Below, piece by piece: positions 10,583 through 23,308 of a stretch of DNA of 64,000 nucleotides. Positions within the stretch are counted from its first letter, which is position 1; the number at the start of each line of letters is the position of its first letter. A program made the translations under genes and the position numbers. The notes under the pieces were generated by a model. That model was not told where the DNA came from, made no database searches, and saw nothing but the letters and a program-made list of their open reading frames with translations. Source of the stretch: Cyanophora paradoxa CCMP329 (lineage: Eukaryota > Plantae > Glaucophyta); NCBI GenBank assembly GCA_004431415.1, contig QPMI01000614.1, positions 108,359 to 172,358 on the forward strand, written 5' to 3'.

Positions 10583-13132
10583 TCATCGTAATAGAGCATC
10601 CAGATCGAAATCGGAGCTTAGAGCACCTGAGTGAGCTTGGAGTTCAATTCTCGAAGGGCCGTATTTTGCAATCGAAGACGTTTGACTTCGCTCTCCAAGC
10701 GGTGGATGGACCGCTCCTGAACAATTGCAAAAACAATTAAGAGCACATTGCCAGGCCACGAAAACATGCCTGTACCTTATGGCCCACTTCGGCCTGCAGC
10801 GTGTTGCAAAGGAGCTGAATTTGCAGGTCAGCAATGCTGCTAACTTCGTTTCGTTTCTTATGCGAACCTGAGTGCTGATGTGCAAGGTTTGCATCTCCTC
10901 GAGAACACCATCGCCCTCAGCTGCCTCGATTTCTTGTCCTTGGGGGGCGGCCCCGTCAAAGTACTTCTGGGTTCTACTTAGTGCTTGGCCAGGAGACCGT
11001 GGGACAGGGGGTGCACTGAAGTTTCGCCATCGTCGAAGTCAGAACTCTCGTGCCCTTCTTCGGAATCGTCACATTCAAGTGCACACACGGGTTCTGGTGG
11101 TGCAGGAACTTCGAACGTGACTGCGGTACTGGCATTTCAATACATGCTCAGGTGGCCAGACAAGGACATACCCCTTTCCATCGAATCTCTTGAAGGAGTG
11201 CCAAGCAGAGTGGACAGGGAGGGGCGAACCTGCAAATGCGGTTTGGAACAAGTGGCGAAACAACAGAGCAAGACCCACCTTGTGCCTAATTGCACGAGGT
11301 GTAGGGGCAGTGTCTGCAGTGCGCAGCTGGCGGCCAGATGATGTTATTGGGTTCTGACTGCCCTGTTCGGGAACTGAGAAGAGCGAAGCATGTTGCGATC
11401 GAGAAAAAGGAACCTTCGGCATCGGCACACAGGTTCGGTTGAGTGAGCGGCACAGGGTGGATGAGCCCGGTGCATGCCGGGTTCCAGCATGGTAGTTTTG
11501 CTGTCGTGTAAAGAGCAAGATTGTGCCGCAAAGATTAGTAATCGTAATCGCAAAGATAATTTAGAGATAAATCGCAGCATTCGGCGCAGACCTTGGCAGG
11601 CGACCGCTGGGCAGGAGAAAGGGCGGCTGCAGAGCCTGGCGTAGCGTGGAGGTTATCCTGCAGCAGAAGTCAAGGGTTAGCAGTTCGTGTCTGAAAGTAT
11701 TCCGGTTGCGAAGACGGTTTGCAAACCTGTAGAGTTGCAAGCAAGGACCGGAGGGAATCGAGTTCCCGGGGTACGAGGTCCTTCCCCTCGGATGCGACTG
11801 CCTCCATCTGGTTGCAGTTGAAGCACGTCGCCAAAAAAGAAAGCTGCCACACAGCCACAGCCATACATACCTTTGCAAGCGCCGCCTCACAGAGAGCGCG
11901 GATGGTGTCCGTATCCCACCGCTGACTGGTGTTGGACAGCAGTAAGAGCCCAATATATGGGGAGACCCGCACCTGACCAGCGGCAGGCCCATAGATGCCA
12001 TCTTCATCTCGGCGGCCGACGGGTTCCTGCGGAAAATTCACGACATATGCAATGACAAGCCTTTCGGACAGCAGACAAACCCAGAAACCAAGCTCCGCAA
12101 GCATCCTGCAGCACGGCGAGTCATACAGGGGAGTGGCGGAGGGGGCGGAGGGGGAGGGGGGAGGGGGTATTGGAGGGAGGGGTGGAGGCGGGAGGAGGAG
12201 GGGGCTGTGGGTGAGGAAGGGGGGGGGGAGGGGGGGGGGAGGCGTGGAGGGGGAGGGCAGGGCGGGGGCCCAAGGAATTGTTACCGGCGTTTTTCGGCAA
12301 CTTCTTCCGCAGCAACCGCAAGCTTCGCTTCCAACTCAACGTTGCGGGCCTCAGCCGCCTCGAGCCTGGTGGATATGCGCTCCTTGATGGTCGAGAGTTC
12401 GTCCTTTGCGGCCTCCAGCCGTGCTACGTAGCTGTACAGGCCTTCGAGCTCGTCCCTGCACAATGTATCAGACAGTTTAAATCCAGAAACCAGGCGTGTG
12501 CCAACCAACGTACGTCGCTGCTGCTAGCCCTGCGGCCTTACAGGTGACCTCGTCTTGCACCCGGTGCAGGTCGCCTCTGAGCCGAAGCGCATCGCACTGC
12601 GCATCACAGAGCCAGTCGCCAAGAGACGAACAATGATCGGGGCTGTGCACACCTGAAGAGTATCGATCCGGGCACGAGCCACATTGAGTGCGGCTCGCAC
12701 TCGGTCAGATGCCCCCTCAGGGCTCAATCTGTTCGCATGGAGTGTGAGGAAGCGGGGGGCAGAGCACAAGGCAGACATAAGCACCCGCCATTTGAGCCCA
12801 GAGCACCAAGAGAGAGGGACTCTGCTGTAAGAACGAGCTCGCTGCAGCAAAACAATTAGCATCCAGGTCCATCGGTACATTGACTTAGAAGTAGTCACCG
12901 CAGAAGTTCACCACACTTGCCGTCGCAGGTACGCCCCTCGGCGCCCTGATTTAACGCTGTCGGCGCTGGTTGCATAGGCAGTCCATCATCCCCCAGTTGA
13001 ACCGGTGGAACGGGCGCCTCCATCTGTCGGAGCCTGCAGGCGTGCTTTCGTGTGAAGAGCATTTCCATTACGATCATCAATCATTACGAGTTCAGACCTT
13101 GGTGTAAGAGATTTTGGAGGCGCTGAACTCAT
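10583..13132 (-). CDS. Hypothetical coiled-coil protein (spliced; boundaries approximate)
   Basis: Series of GT-AG-bounded exons, e.g. MEAPVPPVQLGDDGLPMQPAP, DELEGLYSYVARLEAAKDELSTIKERISTRLEAAEARNVELEAKLAVAAEEVAEKRR and RWDTDTIRALCEAALAK. Confidence 0.55.
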
Positions 13133-13287
13133 GAACGACTGGCCCGTGGGGGATACAGCCGTAGATACAGCCGTGTGCTGCCGATAGGAACGAAGCTACT
13201 CGCTTCCTGCAGATACAGCCGTGTGCTGCCGTTGCGTAGTGCTGACTATCTGACTATCTGCAGACACTGCTTTGCAGTGTCTGTCCG

Positions 13288-14217
13288 TGTGATACGTCCT
13301 GCCCACACTGACACGCGCACCAGCTCAAAATTAAGCTCGGGGAAACTGCATGTTTGAATCGTAATCGCAATCGTAATCGCAATCCCCAGTTTGCAATCCT
13401 CCACGAACGATCTGCGTTCAAAGCCGAGAAGAAAGTTGGACGAAAGTTGGACGAAAGTTGGACGAAAGTATCATGCAATTGGAAGCTTAAGAAAGTTGGA
13501 CGAAAGTTGGACGAAAGCAGTTGCGTACCCCTGCACGCCAACAACAGACCAGCGCTAGCCGCGCCGACCAGCCACATACATCTGAGGCCGAGGTAGTTAA
13601 CAATACCATACGCGTTGCTGTTGCTGCACAGCAGCGCGCCCCAGGTCCGCGCCGTCCCAGCGCGCCGCCCGCGTTGGAATGCCCGCGTTCGCAACCCCGG
13701 CCCGCGCGTGCAGGCACTCGCACTGGGAGGCCCGCCAATCTACCCTCGCGGAGCGTGGATTGGAACCCCTGGGTGCCCGCCCCTCCTCCCGAAGTCCGAT
13801 CTCGCGTGCGCTGTCCGACCCCCCTCTGCGCGCTTCCGCCGCCCTGCAGAATCGACCAGCCTGGCAGGGAGGGATCGCGCTTTCGCGCTTTCCCCGAGTG
13901 CGCGCCTTCGATTTCGATTTCAGGGCGCTTCGATTTCGATCTGACCCCCCTCCGCGCGTGCGCCGCATCGGCCCCGCAGGCTACCGACGGGTCCCGGCCC
14001 CGCCGGGCCTGCAGGAACTCCCACCGCCCAAGAACGACGACGCGACGCTGCACACGACACGCGCGCGGCCCTAGGCTGTGCGGGGGTGGAGCGTTACTCC
14101 CCTTACGGGTCTCGGGGGGGCAACGGCCGGGCCGGCAACGGCGAGGGCCGCACCTTCCTATGCGTAGCCCAGACAGGCGTAGTACACAGCTAGCTAGCTC
14201 TGTCTACGCTGAACGCA
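13288..14217. mobile_element. Dispersed non-coding repeat family X, longest copy
   Basis: Sharp shared ends TGTGATACGTCC... and ...GCTAGCTAGCTCTGTCTACGCTGAACGCA. Interior has (GAAAGTTGGAC)n and (AATCGT/AATCGC)n. Homologous to 21142-22018, 40251-40984, 45258-45580, 48523-48842 and 58017-58464. Confidence 0.85.
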
Positions 14218-14558
14218 TAGCGCTACCGCGGTCCGCCCCTTGCGCTACTGTCTTCACTGAACTCCCCTGGCTCCACTGGCTCTGAGAGGCCTCGACTAGC
14301 TGGCCTGAGACTGCCCTGCCAGTACAGCACACGCACAACCGCCAGCTAGAGCAAACCAGCTCGCGCTCCTGCCGTCGATCTGGCGCCGAAGAGCGGCTAC
14401 CCCCCCCAACAGCTCCGGCCCTCCGGGCCTCGGCCTCCGGCTCCTCAGCCGCTGCCCGAAAGCTGACTGCGCATAGCTACGATCGCGTATTCGGTTGTGT
14501 CCGAGGTCGGGGATGCGCGGCGAGCGGAGGCGGCGCAAGCTCGAAAGCTCAAAGCTCA

Positions 14559-17500
14559 ATGTGGGCCTTGTTCGGTGCGAGGCCGCGGGACAAGTTCTCT
14601 CTCGAGAACCTGCAGTGCGTCCAACCACAGCGCGGCGCCTCTGCTACACAGCCACGCTAACGGAGCGCTGCACAGGTACCTGTACAACACGCTCGTGCGG
14701 AACCCGATCATTAACGATGCAAATCGAGAAGCGATCGTCGAGACGCTTCGTACAATCTCAGAGCTTCTCATCTGGGGCGACCAGCACAACTCCAACTTCT
14801 TCGAGTGCGCCTGCCGTCCGCTGCAGCCCTGCAGGAAGCGCTTCGCGCTGCGGCGAAGCAGGTGGCGCTGCTCTGACTCGATTTCCGGCGCGCAGCTTCT
14901 TTTTGGAGAAGAACATGCTCTCTTTCTTTGCAAAGATTGTGTCGCAACCGAACGCTGGGAAGACGGCGAAAGTCCAGGTCCTTCAGACCCTGAGCATTCT
15001 TATACAGAACCTCACGAACGAGACTTCTGTTTGTGCGCTATGAGTTACCCCCGCCTGTCACTCCGCGTTAAGCCTCTGCAGACTACATCCTGTCCAACAA
15101 CCACGTGAACGACCTTATCACGCAAGACGGTTTCGACTACAGCGACGAAGAGACCATAGCCTACTACATTTCTTTCCTGAAGACTCTCTCGTTGCAGCTC
15201 AACAAGAACACCATCCAGTTCTTTTTTAGCCAGGTTCAGGCGATGCTACGAAAGAAGTCACGCTTTACTTCCGCAAATGATTTTTCCTCTGCTCTCGTAG
15301 AAGCACAACTCGTTTGCACTGTACTCTCAGGCACTTCGGTTTTTTGGGCATGACGAGAGCATGGTCCGTGCAGCTGTGCGAACCATTACCTTGCAAGTTT
15401 TCAAAGGTATGACCGGTTTGCGAACTGTTCCGATTCTTGGTGTTTTGAATGCGGGATCCGCAGTGGAGGACCGAGCTGTACGAAATTTCCTGCTTTCGCC
15501 TGGCCCTGCACAGTACTTTTCGCAGCTAGTGCTTTATATGTACAGTCTATCACGACGGTTGGACGAGTTCTACTCGAGGCTACAGTAAGTTCCTGTTCAT
15601 TGCTCTGCTGCCGGAAGAGAAGTGGCGAATCGTTATTTTCCTGAGCAACCTGCCCAGACATGGCGCGATGCTGAAATCGGAGAAAGAAGGCGTTGGCGTC
15701 ATAGCTGACCTAGTGAGCATGTCGCCTGCACTGAAGTGCCTCCTGATCGACCCTTGTTGCAGGTCAGCGAATTCATGAACTGCCTGTACTATATCAACGA
15801 TGTGTATTTGCTTGGTGTAGACTCCATCAATAAGGTCCATCCTTTCTGTCCTTCATCTTTGCGTGCAGCTTTGCTCACGAATCCTGCCGCTTCAGGTCTT
15901 GACCGACAATCTCCTCCAGCGCTTCCTGCTTCCCCTGCTCGTCGGGTCTGTTCTGCCCCTCAAAGTGGAAGTTCCTGTGCGTTTCGGTCGGGTCATCATA
16001 ATCCTGGCACCGCTCAGAGAACTGAACGATTGCTTTGCAGGAGGGCCGCGTGACACCTCTCGTCGCTCTCTTCCTGTTGGCCCAGGTGAGCCCCCCCCCC
16101 CCCCCTCCCTCCCACCCCCTCCCTCCCCCCCCCCCTCGAAAAAAAATCCAATCGACTGCGACAGGTCTTCACGGGGCTAACTCACCCACCCGTCCTGAAC
16201 ACCGTGGCGCTATCGTTTTTCGGCATCCGTCCTCCTCGTTCACTCAGCAATTCTAACTCCTACTTCGCGAACGGCGGGCTGTACGGTTCAGTAGAGCCTC
16301 CTCCTGACGTTCGCAAGCTGCTCGGTCTTCCTGGGGATAGCGATGTGCATCACTCGCTTCGCTCAAGCACCATTGGGTCGCTTCACGCCTCCTATTCAGC
16401 ACCGTCCCCACCATCCTCTTCTCTTCGAGGGCCCGAATTTTCTGCAGCACAGGACACGAACGGGTATCCTCTTCACCCGCAGAGTCACTCCCATCATCCC
16501 GGTTACCCTCCTCTTAACGGATCCATATCCCGTTCATCCTCTTCGTCATCCGCCCCTGGAACTGGTCCTGGCTACCTCTCTCCTGCCCACTCAGTGAACT
16601 CATCCGCTCCTGCCCCTCCACCATTGTCCTCCTCGCCATCCATGCGGCAGCGTATGCATCGGGACTGCCACCTCCTCCAGCATCTAAGGTCAGTTTCGCG
16701 CAAGTTCACATTGCGCGAGCTAACTGTTTGGTTTCTGCAGCTCTGCGGATGACCGCGTTGTTCTCTGTGCTGTCTGTCTTTTACACGCCTTGGTGACGAA
16801 TCCTGGCACAGACAAGGTCCGGATGTTCTCCAGTATGGGTATCACCATCTAATCGTCATGCAGGATCTCCTTGAAACCGCTGGACTGCTCCCTCTGCGTT
16901 TGAGAAAAGCGAAATCGCTTTTGGACTCCCTCGTGGATGCCAAGGTAAGCACCACAGTAAATACATTTGCAGAGTAATGAAGGGTTTTGCAGGCCGGTCT
17001 TAGTGGACACTCTAGCGCCCTTCCCCTCTCACTTGCGTCTGGAAAGTATGCAAAGAAAGTAAGTGGTCTCCGGGAATCTCTGACAATGCGTGCAGCCCAG
17101 CCGCTGCTGCCACGGCACTCGTTGCTGCAGCACACACTGGTGCCGGGGGGGGTGGAGAGTCGGCATTCGACACGCTCTCACAGATTCAGGTTCCTGCACG
17201 ATCTCATCGTTCTTTTGTTCAAGCTGATGTGGGATGACAGAGTGGGATATTCGGACCATCGTACAACGCACCAGTCATGGACGCCTTGTTGACTATCGCA
17301 TTGAACCCATCCAAGGCAGGCTTGTTAATGAGCTCCTACGTTTTTGAATCTTAGCGTCCGTTTTCGCAGTGGCGCCTTGTGACACTCCATATGGTTGTCC
17401 GTCTCATTCTTGAGCTTTGCTTCAACAGTGTACGACCTTGTCAAACCCGTGCTACCTGTCAAGCCTAACACCGGACTTAGGCAACCAATAGGACATCTCT

Positions 17501-19069
17501 GTCGGAACATCATGCACGGCTTCTGGAAGACGCTCACCAGGTATTGAAAAGTGTTTGCTTTTTTGGACAGCAACACTAACTTCAACGGAAGGGATGTGCC
17601 GCGATCCTCAGCGAAATCTTGAATTCCTACCATGGCCCTTACCTGTTAGACGTTTTCGAGGACGAGTGGCGCAGGTTTGTCGGAATCCTTTTTCCCGCTG
17701 CTATACCAGAAGTCCTCAGAAATCGCCTCAGGTTCAAGCCGCCTGAGCCTTCCAGCTTCTCGTCAGACCCAACACTGCTCGCCCCTCTTCACAGGCGGGT
17801 TTTTGGAAGAAATCATGTGCCTGCTGTCTGATTTGGTATCTCAGTGCTGTTGCTCGTGAGGCGCCTCTTTTCAAGCGGCAACCAGAGACGAATGCAGAGA
17901 AGATTCGGAAGGTTCGGAAACGATAAGCTTCCGAATATTCGGTAGTTTGGAAACGATTAGGAGGCCTCTGAGAGGTGTTTTGCAGGCGGTGCAGCAGTTT
18001 ATGCTGTTGCGAGAAGCCAGGAATGCATTCGTGCGCACAAGACCTGTGCGTGAATTTCTCTACTTTCAATTGCATTCCTGCTTTTCTAACAAGACAGCTG
18101 GTAGCGGGGAATGCCTCCTGAGCGAGACGATCGGAAGAGCGAGCGTATGGAAGCGCCAGCTGCCCCCGAGCCGGTTAAGCGTGGAGATCCCTTATCCCTC
18201 ACTGAACGCAACGCGATTCCATGCAGGTGTGAAGCCTTCTGTAAAACCTATTCTGTGTCACTCAGGGTTTTTTCAGTTGCACTTGTTGGATCAACGATGG
18301 CGTGACAGAGAAGATGGAGCAGGCAAATCTGTACCTGGTTATCGATGATCAGGTACAGTTCACACTTGTGTCTGTTACTTCGAACCCTAAGAGAGATGCA
18401 GTGGCTCATTCTGGCCGAGGCCGATGCTGCCCAAACAAATCGTCTGGGGGCATCGAAGGTTCACAGTCCTCGGAGGTGTCTTTGTATTCTGTTACTCAAA
18501 CCATGCACGTTTCGCCTAGGTTCGTCTAACACATAGCCTGGTGAGCTTGGAGGTTGTGGTCGACAAGACCAGGTGCCTTATGTTTTCCGATGCATGGTCT
18601 CTCATTCAACAGCACGAAACGCCATCATCACAGCCCCGAAATGCTTCACATGCGTGTTGGACCCGGGCCATCTTCCTCGCCCTCGCCTGCCCTGGGCCGA
18701 CCTTCCGGACCGGTTGTCCCTGCCAAAGAGCCAGAGGAAAGACCAGAGCTACTTCCTGTGTGTAGCCTTGCGTCTCTAAAATCCTTCACAGGTCATCATG
18801 ACCCTTGTTTTCGAGGAGAAAGTTGCATGCAAGTGCGGGTCTTTTTTCGCATTCGCTGGCAGTCTGTTGGAACTCTCCGCTGACATTCGTTGCAGTGTTG
18901 CATACCAACATCTCACGAAGGCAATTGGCATTTTGCGTGAAGCAAAACGGAGATTGCTGAGACGATTCCTTGGCCAGGTATGTCCTCTTCATTTCCTCCA
19001 AGTCTCGGATGTCAGATGAGCCTGGCACAGGCACAGTCCCCAAGAGCTCCAGGGCTACTGAAGCTGTAG
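14559..19069 (+). CDS. CLEC16A: CLEC16A/TT9/GOP-1 family (FPL domain) endolysosomal protein (spliced; 3' end approximate)
   Basis: MWALFGARPRDKFSLENLQYLYNTL...IVETLRTISELLIWGDQHNSNFF.FFLEKNMLSFF...VQVLQTLSILIQNL...YILSNNHVNDLI...DEETIAYYISFLKTLSLQLN...ESMVRAAVRTITL...LYYINDV are hallmark FPL-domain motifs. Confidence 0.92.
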
Positions 19070-19469
19070 AGTTGCACATTGATAACACTGGCATACTAGC
19101 TGCGGACAATGCGAGCTAGAAGCGGCGGTGCTACCTACGGGGCGAGAAGCCGCGGACGACGCAGGCAGGGCCCTCTGAAGGGGGGCGTGCACTCCCCCTG
19201 GGGGTTGCTACAAACTACGATATCGATGGGGACGAGGGCGACGATGGAGGAGCTAGGCCTAGGGAGGAAGCGACGCCAGGGGCAAGCTCAGCGATTGCAG
19301 CATCAAAAACGGAGTCCGGTGCCGGGGCGCCGGCCGCCGCCGGGGCATGTGCAGCTGCAGCCGCTGCCGGAGAGGGGAGCGGCCCGAGCGGGGCGAGCCG
19401 CACGGGCTTCATCCTCCGCCCCGCGTCCACGCCGGAGAAGAAGCGCAGCGCGATGTTCCTGCGGGAAGA

Positions 19470-19852
19470 ATTAGAGTTTTGCGATTAAGATCAGAATTAC
19501 GATCAGAACGGGGCGGGGGCGACGGGGGCTAAGTGAGTATAACGATCGGAATTACTATCAGAAGTTTAGGTTTTGGGGGGCTAATTATAAAGGGGCTACG
19601 ATTATTAGACTCTGAGAGCTACGATAACGACCTTGGCTTGAACTCTGGTCGTAATTCTTGGCTTGACACTGGTCGTAATTGCCAGCTAGGTTGTCTTCGG
19701 TTAGCTCCCTGACTGGTCGTAATTCCGATCGTAGCTCTCTATCTAAGTTAAGGCGGCTTGGCTTCGTAATTCTTCCGATCGTAATTTGCAATCTTCCATG
19801 TCCGACGGTCGATCTGGCTTAGATCTTAGAGCTTGGCCAAGAGAGACCGTGT
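19470..19852. repeat. Low-complexity TTACGA/TCGTAA word-mosaic filler at the inverted-duplication breakpoint
   Basis: Repeated words GATCAGAATTACGATC, CGATCGGAATTAC, GCTACGAT and GGTCGTAATT x3. First and second halves use opposite strands. Confidence 0.75.
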
Positions 19853-20800
19853 AGGGCCAGGCGAAAGCAGGAAATTTCGTACAGCTCGGTCCTCCACTGC
19901 GGATCCCGCATTCAAAACACCAAGAATCGGAACAGTTCGCAAACCGGTCATACCTTTGAAAACTTGCAAGGTAATGGTTCGCACAGCTGCACGGACCATG
20001 CTCTCGTCATGCCCAAAAAACCGAAGTGCCTGAGAGTACAGTGCAAACGAGTTGTGCTTCTACGAGAGCAGAGGAAAAATCATTTGCGGAAGTAAAGCGT
20101 GACTTCTTTCGTAGCATCGCCTGAACCTGGCTAAAAAAGAACTGGATGGTGTTCTTGTTGAGCTGCAACGAGAGAGTCTTCAGGAAAGAAATGTAGTAGG
20201 CTATGGTCTCTTCGTCGCTGTAGTCGAAACCGTCTTGCGTGATAAGGTCGTTCACGTGGTTGTTGGACAGGATGTAGTCTGCAGAGGCTTAACGCGGAGT
20301 GACAGGCGGGGGTAACTCATAGCGCACAAACAGAAGTCTCGTTCGTGAGGTTCTGTATAAGAATGCTCAGGGTCTGAAGGACCTGGACTTTCGCCGTCTT
20401 CCAGCGTTCGGTTGCGACACAATCTTTGCAAAGAAAGAGAGCATGTTCTTCTCCAAAAAGAAGCTGCGCGCCGGAAATCGAGTCAGAGCAGCGCCACCTG
20501 CTTCGCCGCAGCGCGAAGCGCTTCCTGCAGGGCTGCAGCGGACGGCAGGCGCACTCGAAGAAGTTGGAGTTGTGCTGGTCGCCCCAGATGAGAAGCTCTG
20601 AGATTGTACGAAGCGTCTCGACGATCGCTTCTCGATTTGCATCGTTAATGATCGGGTTCCGCACGAGCGTGTTGTACAGGTACCTGTGCAGCGCTCCGTT
20701 AGCGTGGCTGTGTAGCAGAGGCGCCGCGCTGTGGTTGGACGCACTGCAGGTTCTCGAGAGAGAACTTGTCCCGCGGCCTCGCACCGAACAAGGCCCACAT
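19853..20800 (-). pseudogene. Truncated 5' copy of the CLEC16A-like gene
   Basis: The duplicated N-terminal exons with their introns end at the breakpoint. There is a 1-bp G-run deletion (CGCTGGAAG vs CGCTGGGAAG). Confidence 0.85.
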
Positions 20801-22018
20801 TGAGCTTTGAGCTTTCGAGCTTGCGCCGCCTCCGCTCGCCGCGCATCCCCGACCTCGGACACAACCGAATACGCGATCGTAGCTATGCGCAGTCAGCTTT
20901 CGGGCAGCGGCTGAGGAGCCGGAGGCCGAGGCCCGGAGGGCCGGAGCTGTTGGGGGGGGTAGCCGCTCTTCGGCGCCAGATCGACGGCAGGAGCGCGAGC
21001 TGGTTTGCTCTAGCTGGCGGTTGTGCGTGTGCTGTACTGGCAGGGCAGTCTCAGGCCAGCTAGTCGAGGCCTCTCAGAGCCAGTGGAGCCAGGGGAGTTC
21101 AGTGAAGACAGTAGCGGAAGGGGCGGACCGCGGTAGCGCTATGCGTTCAGCGTAGACAGAGCTAGCTAGCTGTGTACTACGCCTGTCTGGGCTACGCATA
21201 GGAAGGTGCGGCCCTCGCCGTTGCCGGCCCGGCCGTTGCCCCCCCGAGACCCGTAAGGGGAGTAACGCTCCACCCCCGCACAGCCTAGGGCCGCGCGCGT
21301 GTCGTGTGCAGCGTCGCGTCGTCGTTCTTGGGCGGTGGGAGTTCCTGCAGGCCCGGCGGGGCCGGGACCCGTCGGTAGCCTGCGGGGCCGATGCGGCGCA
21401 CGCGCGGAGGGGGGTCAGATCGAAATCGAAGCGCCCTGAAATCGAAATCGAAGGCGCGCACTCGGGGAAAGCGCGAAAGCGCGATCCCTCCCTGCCAGGC
21501 TGGTCGATTCTGCAGGGCGGCGGAAGCGCGCAGAGGGGGGTCGGACAGCGCACGCGAGATCGGACTTCGGGAGGAGGGGCGGGCACCCAGGGGTTCCAAT
21601 CCACGCTCCGCGAGGGTAGATTGGCGGGCCTCCCAGTGCGAGTGCCTGCACGCGCGGGCCGGGGTTGCGAACGCGGGCATTCCAACGCGGGCGGCGCGCT
21701 GGGACGGCGCGGACCTGGGGCGCGCTGCTGTGCAGCAACAGCAACGCGTATGGTATTGTTAACTACCTCGGCCTCAGATGTATGTGGCTGGTCGGCGCGG
21801 CTAGCGCTGGTCTGTTGTTGGCGTGCAGGGGTACGCAACTGCTTTCGTCCAACTTTCGTCCAACTTTCTTAAGCTTCCAATTGCATGATACTTTCGTCCA
21901 ACTTTCGTCCAACTTTCGTCCAACTTTCTTCTCGGCTTTGAACGCAGATCGTTCGTGGAGGATTGCAAACTGGGGATTGCGATTACGATTGCGATTACGA
22001 TTCAAACATGCAGTTTCC
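19853..22018 (-). repeat. Inverted segmental duplication of 13341-15507
   Basis: Mirror ORFs (13521..14285 + vs 21074..21838 -; 15105..15353 + vs 20007..20255 -) have coordinate sums of 35359/35360. Sequence is near-identical. Confidence 0.97.
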
Positions 22019-22810
22019 AATCCACGCTTCAGAATGGGACTATGCAATATATATGAGCATGCTGTTAACGTTTTTGGAGCCAGAATCGCATTTCGACGGC
22101 GTCTTTTCAACTTCTGAGAAAAAAGTCTAGCGTCTGGAGATATGAGTCTTCTCCACCTTTTGAGCGCCTTCTAGGGGCGTGCGATACGTTCCTTTAGTAG
22201 AAAGACGTACGCACAGAACTTTGTATGAGATCTAGAGCCATGAACTTAAAAGTGGAAAGTATCTGGTACCCGTGCTTGAGCGAAAAAAGACGCAACCTAA
22301 ATCATCACCGGTAAAACTTCACTTCGTTCTCCGAGGCTCCGCTACGCGACTTCTCCGCGTTAGCGACAGAGCAGAGCAATCTCAAGACGACGCTGATCGG
22401 CATGATCGGCAATAATTCAGCGCGCTTGCGTTTTGCCATCAGTCCTACCGTCAACGGTAAGACCGGCCGTATAGTTTTCTTCAGAAAGCAGACCTCGGAA
22501 TTCTGGCTGCTCTGACACAGTTGCCGCACAGGCAACCTTCTTGCTCGGGCTTGGAGTTCGGTTTGCCCTTCAAGGGCACCGGCATCACACCGGAATGCCA
22601 TGATGCGGTTCATCGCGCAGGTGCCAGTTGGTGTCCATAGTGATTTTTCGCAAAAAAACTAATTAGCAGCAGGCAGCACCTGCAACTCGGGCGGAGTATA
22701 GCCTGCAGCGGTCCTTCTCACGAAAAACTGGCAAAGTTGCAGGCACGTACTCGTGAACACCACCTGTCTTCAGCTGTCTGACGGCCGGTACAGGCCGAAG
22801 CGAAGAAGCG

Positions 22811-23026
22811 TTGGGATATCCTTTCACGGGTGTAGACGTTCAGCGTGTGCTTGACGAGAAATTCGAGGGGATCGCCGAACTCGAAACCATCGAACTTGTG
22901 AATGGCGAGTTCAACCTCAACCTTCGTCGCAAGACGAGTGTGTGGCTTTCAGAACAGCAGATTGAACAGATTCAGCACGATCTTAGGAGTCGGTTCAGGG
23001 AAGTCAAGAAAGTAACTATTTCTTGA
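22811..23026 (+). CDS. Terminal exon of a small protein with weak NifU-C-terminal-like pattern; upstream exons unresolved
   Basis: FTGVDVQRVLDEKFEGIAELETIELVNGEFNLNL...IEQIQHDLRSRFREVKKVTIS resembles by eye the second NifU-like domain of NFU proteins. Confidence 0.3.
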   Translation: MGYPFTGVDVQRVLDEKFEGIAELETIELVNGEFNLNLRRKTSVWLSEQQIEQIQHDLRSRFREVKKVTIS

Positions 23027-23308
23027 CTGTGTGACCTTTACATAACTTCATCAGCCCTCGTCTTGCGCATCCCCTTCTTCGCCCTGTCTTTATCCAGCCT
23101 TTATTCTCTTTTCTCGTTCTCCATTTAAAAAAAATGCCCTCATCAGCGCATTTGCATTCGCCAAAAAGCAGCAGTCTCGCGAATGTCTCATCACAATATC
23201 TGAGGCGTATGCTTGGTGGCGATGTGTCATCCCAGATGTGTATTCGCACAGATGCGTTCACGGGGAGATCCGGCACAGCAGGCCCTGCTGCCCAAAATAG
23301 AGGCCTGT

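Noticed and set aside
13487-14285. Long Arg/Pro-rich ORFs in family X copies as a transposase
   Set aside because: No catalytic motifs, open in several frames because of high GC, and not preserved across copies.
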